NCBI GenBank assembly: GCA_016235455.1
Contig: JACRKZ010000034.1
Location: forward strand, 1-19,338
Direction: 5' to 3'
Length of the DNA stretch: 19,338 bases
DNA from: Armatimonadota bacterium
GTDB lineage: Bacteria > Armatimonadota > UBA10988
Both the position numbers and the translations under genes were made by a program. Every line of letters starts with the position of its first letter. The first letter of the stretch is position 1. Of this stretch, positions 15,590 through 19,338 are shown in pieces. Below the pieces are notes generated by a model that saw nothing but the letters and a program-made list of their open reading frames with translations, made no database searches and was not told the DNA's origin.

Positions 15590-16440
15590 CCCCACACTTT
15601 CAGCAGGACCACGCCGAGCACCATGAACAGGCCGTAGGCCAGCCGCTGCCGCATGGCCGGCTCGCGCAACACCAGGCCGCCGTAGAGCACCGACCACAGC
15701 ACCGCGGTCGCGCGGAGCGCCACCACGTAGGCCGTAGGGGCCAACTGGAAGGCATACAGCACGAGGATGTAAGCACCCCAAGCGCCCACCGCCACCGGGG
15801 CCATGGTGCGCCAGCTGTCGCGACCGAACGCGGTCACGATGGCCGCGCCATGGTGTCGGCGCGCCCAGACCAGCAGCCAGGTGGCGGCCAGGCCGTTCTC
15901 CACCAGCAGGTAGAGCTGGGCATCGCAATGCCGCACGCCGAAGCTGTCGATGGCCGAGTAGGCGGCACCCACGGCGCCGACCATCAGCGCCGCGGCGAAC
16001 TCGGGTTGACACCAGGCGGCCAGCCGGGTCGGTGCACCGCCGACGAGCCACACCGCGCCGGCAATGGTGACCAGCCCCAGCCAGCCCAGCGGCGTCGGCC
16101 ACTGTTGCTGGCCCAGCCCGATGACGGCAGCCAGCAGCGGCGTCGCGCCGCGCATGACCGGGTACATGGCCGACAGGTCGCCGCCCTCGTAAGCTCGAGC
16201 CAGACCCTCGTAGTAGAACAGCCACAGCAGACTGCTGGCCAACGCGGCGCCCAGCGCCGGACCGCTCATGCCGCGGCCGTGGGTCAGCGCCCAGAGTCCG
16301 CCGGGCAACGACCAGACCGTGCACCAGACGAGCAGCCAGGCGTTGAAGCAGCGCTTTGCCTCGGTGTTCTTGAGCGCGCTGTTCCAGGCCGTATGCAGCA
16401 GCGTGGAGAGCAGGACCAGGGCGATGGCGAGACTGCTCAC
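15580..16440 (-). CDS. EamA/DMT family transporter (286 aa)
   Basis: LVLLSTLLHTAWN..LK, AYEGGDLSAMYPVMRG, AYSAIDS, YVVALR and LVLRE. About ten hydrophobic segments. GTG16440 overlaps the upstream TGA (GTGA). Confidence 0.87.
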   Translation of the reverse strand: MSSLAIALVLLSTLLHTAWNSALKNTEAKRCFNAWLLVWCTVWSLPGGLWALTHGRGMSGPALGAALASSLLWLFYYEGLARAYEGGDLSAMYPVMRGATPLLAAVIGLGQQQWPTPLGWLGLVTIAGAVWLVGGAPTRLAAWCQPEFAAALMVGAVGAAYSAIDSFGVRHCDAQLYLLVENGLAATWLLVWARRHHGAAIVTAFGRDSWRTMAPVAVGAWGAYILVLYAFQLAPTAYVVALRATAVLWSVLYGGLVLREPAMRQRLAYGLFMVLGVVLLKVWGSP

Positions 16441-17468
16441 GGCAGCGTGACCTCGCTCCCCGTGACCTCGGCCAACAGCCGAAAGAAGCCGCGCTTGCGC
16501 GCCGAGTTGATGCCCCAGTCGACGGGCACGCTCTGGTAGCCCTCGGCGTAGCCTTCGCCCTTCTGGCGGTAGTCGAAGTAGCCCCACGAGGCCCCCGCGC
16601 CTAGCGCGGCGAGGAAGTTGTTATCTGGCTGGTCGAAGTCGAAGTGGTCGTCTTCGTTGTAGACCAAGGGCTGGCCGCGGAACGCGCGCAGCGCGCGCGT
16701 GCGGCGGACCTGCTCGCGGATGCCATCAGGGCGGCCGACGCCGTTGCCGTGAATGAGCAGCACGTCGCTGACCTCGGCCACGGCTTCGGTGGGCACGGTG
16801 CCGCCGCCGAAGCTGGTGCCCACCAGCAGCTTGCCGCGCGACCGCTCGCGACAGCGGACGATCAGTTCGGGGATGCCGTCGGGCCGAATGAGGCGCTGGT
16901 CATAGGCGCGCACATCGCATTCGTTGGCGATCTCGATGATCACGTTGTCGTAGCCGTGCGCGACGATCCAGTCCGTGGCGCTGTCGACCGCGCGGCGCAC
17001 GGCGTCGTCGCCGTCCAGGCGCTGGTCCTGGCCGAAGTAGAAGAAGCCGACGATGGGCGCCATGCCGAGGGTGACCGCACCGTCGAGGATGCGCGCCAGG
17101 CGGTCCATGTAGGCCGGGCGCAGCGTGCCATCGGCGGCGAAGGCCGAGTTGTGCCACGGCTGCGACTGGCTATAGCCTTCGGGGCTGCCGCCTTGCAGAT
17201 TGATGGTGAAGCTGAGCAGCCCACAGCGGCGCCACAGGGGCATGGCGGCCAGGAACTCGCGCGTGTTGCGTTCGGGGTCCCAGGGACCGTCCTGATACGC
17301 AAAGCGGGCCCGCGTCTCCGGGTTCAGGTCGTCGAAGATGCCCTGCACCATGCGGCTGTTGAGCAGTCGGCCCTCAATGGTCCAGTCGCGATAGCGGCGG
17401 CCGGGATAGGTGGGCTCGCCATTCAGGAAGAACCGTCCATCTCGAATTGCGATGCCGTGTTCGGCCAT
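16437..17468 (-). CDS. Uncharacterised TIM-barrel protein resembling clan GH-A glycoside hydrolases
   Basis: N-terminal IRDGRFFLNGEP, Y..RLARILD.A..LGM segment, IIEIANE (putative acid/base) and PLVYNED (putative nucleophile). GGGAGG SD and no signal peptide. Confidence 0.7.
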   Translation of the reverse strand: MAEHGIAIRDGRFFLNGEPTYPGRRYRDWTIEGRLLNSRMVQGIFDDLNPETRARFAYQDGPWDPERNTREFLAAMPLWRRCGLLSFTINLQGGSPEGYSQSQPWHNSAFAADGTLRPAYMDRLARILDGAVTLGMAPIVGFFYFGQDQRLDGDDAVRRAVDSATDWIVAHGYDNVIIEIANECDVRAYDQRLIRPDGIPELIVRCRERSRGKLLVGTSFGGGTVPTEAVAEVSDVLLIHGNGVGRPDGIREQVRRTRALRAFRGQPLVYNEDDHFDFDQPDNNFLAALGAGASWGYFDYRQKGEGYAEGYQSVPVDWGINSARKRGFFRLLAEVTGSEVTLP

Positions 17469-17531
17469 GACCGCCTCCCGGGCCGCGCCGACGAGAAGGA
17501 ACCCGCGCCTCGGCCCGAATGTCTTGGATCG

Positions 17532-19286
17532 ATGATGATGATAACACGCCGCCCAACGCTGATTGCGCTGCTCCTTTCGCTTCTCACGACCACCCTAGCC
17601 TGCGGCCAGCCGGCCACGCTCGACGCCGAGGCGCTCAAGACGCGCCTGCCACGCAACGCGAAGAAGCTGGCCGAGAAGAAGGACTATGCCGTCGTGGTCA
17701 TCGGCGCCGAGCCGGCGGCCACCTGGCCCAAGGAGCTGGGCCGCCGACTGATAGCCGCCACCGGCGACGACAAGGTGACGGTGACCGTCGCGGCCACCGG
17801 TGCCTGCGCCGCCGAGGACGCCGCCGCGCTGCTCGACCGGCATGTCGTGCCGGCCAAGCCGGATCTGGCGGTGGTCATGCTGGGCGAAACCGACGCCGTC
17901 CAGGGCCGCACCGTGGAGGCCTACCTGGAGGCCCAACAATGGCTGGTCGGCCAGCTGGGTGGCCGCTGCGGCGCCGACGTGGTGCTCTGCCAGCCGCGCC
18001 TGGGCCGCGACCGGCCCGGCGACATCGCGGAGCTGGGCCAGTGGCTGGGCGTGCTGGCCACGCGCAAGAGCCTGCCGCTGGCCGCCACCGCCGAGGCGGC
18101 GGACGATGCCGCCGTGGCGCAGGCCGTGCTCGACGCGCTCGCGCCGCCCAAGCCGGCGCCGCTGAGCGTCGGCGCCGTACTGCGCTGGACGGCCGGCGGG
18201 CCACGGGCCAGGCTGACCGTCAAGAACGTCTCCGACGCCGCGCGGTCGGGCCGGCTGAGCCTGCTGCCGCGTAGCGGTGAGACGTTCGACCAGACCGAGC
18301 CGCTGGCGTACCGGCTCGAGCCGCAGGCCACGGTCGAGTTCGATGTCGGCTGGCTGGGCTGCGAGTCCGGCGCGCGGCTGCTCGCCTACCCGCACAGCCG
18401 CCTGCTCTCGGGCGGCCGCGCCATGCTCACCATCGTCGACACCGTTGACACGGTGCGGCGCCTGTACGGCGTTGAGAGCCACTTCCAGCCGGAAGCCTAC
18501 TGGCTGCGCAACGACGGCGAGGTGGCCAGTGAGAGTCGCCTGCGCGTGTCCATCGAGGCTGGCGGCCGGACCCAGGCGCGGGAGATCAGTTGGCCCGAGG
18601 ACAGCGATGTCGGCCGCGTCCGGCTGCTGGAACCCGCGGTCGACCGCGAAGGCGGCCTGGGCTGGGCCGCCACCGAGCTCTACTATCTGCGGTTCGCCGG
18701 CGCACCCAACGGCGAGACCAGCGTCGATGGCCTGCTCAAGGAGTGGGCCAGCGCGCGCTGGTCTACACTCAGCGACCCGGCGCAGGTCTGCGCGCGGCCT
18801 GGCGTCACGGCGGCCGTACCGTCGCTGCGCTGGGCGGCGCGGGCCGGCAAGCGCGGTGTTGGTGTCGCCATCAACGGCCGCGGCTCGCTGCGTGACGATC
18901 GCTTCAGCCTGGCCTTTGACCCACGTACCATGGCGCTGCTGGGCACCGTCGGCCGCACCTACTGGCTGGACGGCACCCTTCGCCCGGATGGCACGGTGGC
19001 GCTGACCCCGGGGCCCACGGTGACCGGTGAAGTCAAGGGCCTGACCGGCGCCTGGCGCGCCACGGAGCAGGGCCTCGACGTGGAGCTCTTCGTGCCGTTC
19101 TCGCTGATGAGCGAGACCCAGTGGCCCGAGGAACAGGACCTGGGATTCGCGCTCATCTGGCAGCATGGCGACACGGCGCTCAACTGGTCGGGCGACAACA
19201 GCTGGCTCTCGCCGCGCGAGTACGGCGTGCTGCACCGCCTGGCCACGGCGCACGAGACGCTGCCCTGGGCGGTCCGCGTCAGGTAG
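17532..19286 (+). CDS. Secreted multidomain protein: degenerate SGNH/GDSL-like domain plus C-terminal CBM9/DOMON-like domain (~584 aa)
   Basis: Signal-like RRPTLIALLLSLLTTTLA, SGNH-fold pattern VVVIG...KPDLAVVMLGETD and CBM9-like VDGLLKEW...VELFVPF. Start is one of ATG17532/17535/17538. The ORF-track start at 16644 is antisense to the neighbouring gene. Confidence 0.72.
   Translation: MMMITRRPTLIALLLSLLTTTLACGQPATLDAEALKTRLPRNAKKLAEKKDYAVVVIGAEPAATWPKELGRRLIAATGDDKVTVTVAATGACAAEDAAALLDRHVVPAKPDLAVVMLGETDAVQGRTVEAYLEAQQWLVGQLGGRCGADVVLCQPRLGRDRPGDIAELGQWLGVLATRKSLPLAATAEAADDAAVAQAVLDALAPPKPAPLSVGAVLRWTAGGPRARLTVKNVSDAARSGRLSLLPRSGETFDQTEPLAYRLEPQATVEFDVGWLGCESGARLLAYPHSRLLSGGRAMLTIVDTVDTVRRLYGVESHFQPEAYWLRNDGEVASESRLRVSIEAGGRTQAREISWPEDSDVGRVRLLEPAVDREGGLGWAATELYYLRFAGAPNGETSVDGLLKEWASARWSTLSDPAQVCARPGVTAAVPSLRWAARAGKRGVGVAINGRGSLRDDRFSLAFDPRTMALLGTVGRTYWLDGTLRPDGTVALTPGPTVTGEVKGLTGAWRATEQGLDVELFVPFSLMSETQWPEEQDLGFALIWQHGDTALNWSGDNSWLSPREYGVLHRLATAHETLPWAVRVR
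17538..17546 (-). promoter_or_regulatory. Extended -10 for the GH-like/EamA unit
   Basis: Minus strand TG-T-TATCAT ~70 bp upstream of ATG17468, overlapping the first codons of the divergent gene. Confidence 0.4.
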
Positions 19287-19300
19287 GCGCCCATTCCCAG

Positions 19301-19338
19301 TTGGCCTCGGGCTCGGGGATGTCCAGCCCGCAGGCCAA
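19301..19338. terminator. Hairpin after the last gene (possible terminator, cut by window edge)
   Basis: TTGGCCT-CGGGCT pairs with AGCCCG-c-AGGCCAA. Any U-tract would lie outside the window. Confidence 0.4.

Noticed and set aside
16644-17531. N-terminal 296 aa of the 880-aa ORF
   Set aside because: Antisense to the GH-like gene. A signal peptide begins only at ATG17532-17538.
247-19253. Long antisense and alternate-frame ORFs (e.g. 247-1833 -, 4441-5625 -, 6613-7896 -, 8950-10569 +, 17595-19253 -)
   Set aside because: They are shadow ORFs expected in GC-rich coding DNA. They overlap genes with clear motifs and carry no recognisable motifs themselves.
1-19338. CRISPR array, tRNA/rRNA, IS element or prophage
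   Set aside because: No spaced direct repeats, cloverleaf, transposase, integrase or phage genes. Intergenic gaps are all short and composition looks uniform.

Overview
GC-rich bacterial chromosomal window with about 19 tightly packed genes. I see no rRNA, tRNA, CRISPR array or transposase. Order: 5'-truncated chemoreceptor (+); YebC/TACO1-family protein fused in frame to a Het-C/VWA7-like (phospholipase C/P1-nuclease-type) domain (-); CoxD-like MoxR ATPase; aldo/keto reductase; secreted CAP protein (-); aspartate kinase; sugar ABC binding protein and permease with no ATPase; VOC protein (-); SDR and HD hydrolase; GTAG REP-like palindrome; possible divergent TetR-like gene (-); rpmB (-); RibD-C reductase; GT2 glycosyltransferase with a NusG-CTD/KOW-like extension; second aldo/keto reductase, EamA transporter and GH-A-like TIM barrel (-); secreted protein with a degenerate SGNH domain and a CBM9-like domain (+). 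The strongest candidate for something undescribed is the linker-less YebC::HDFYSHSNW-domain fusion behind a near-consensus promoter. Next are the GT2::KOW-like fusion and a REP-like palindrome that supplies the stop codons of both convergent neighbours. All family calls come from motif recognition by eye, and no database searches were run.
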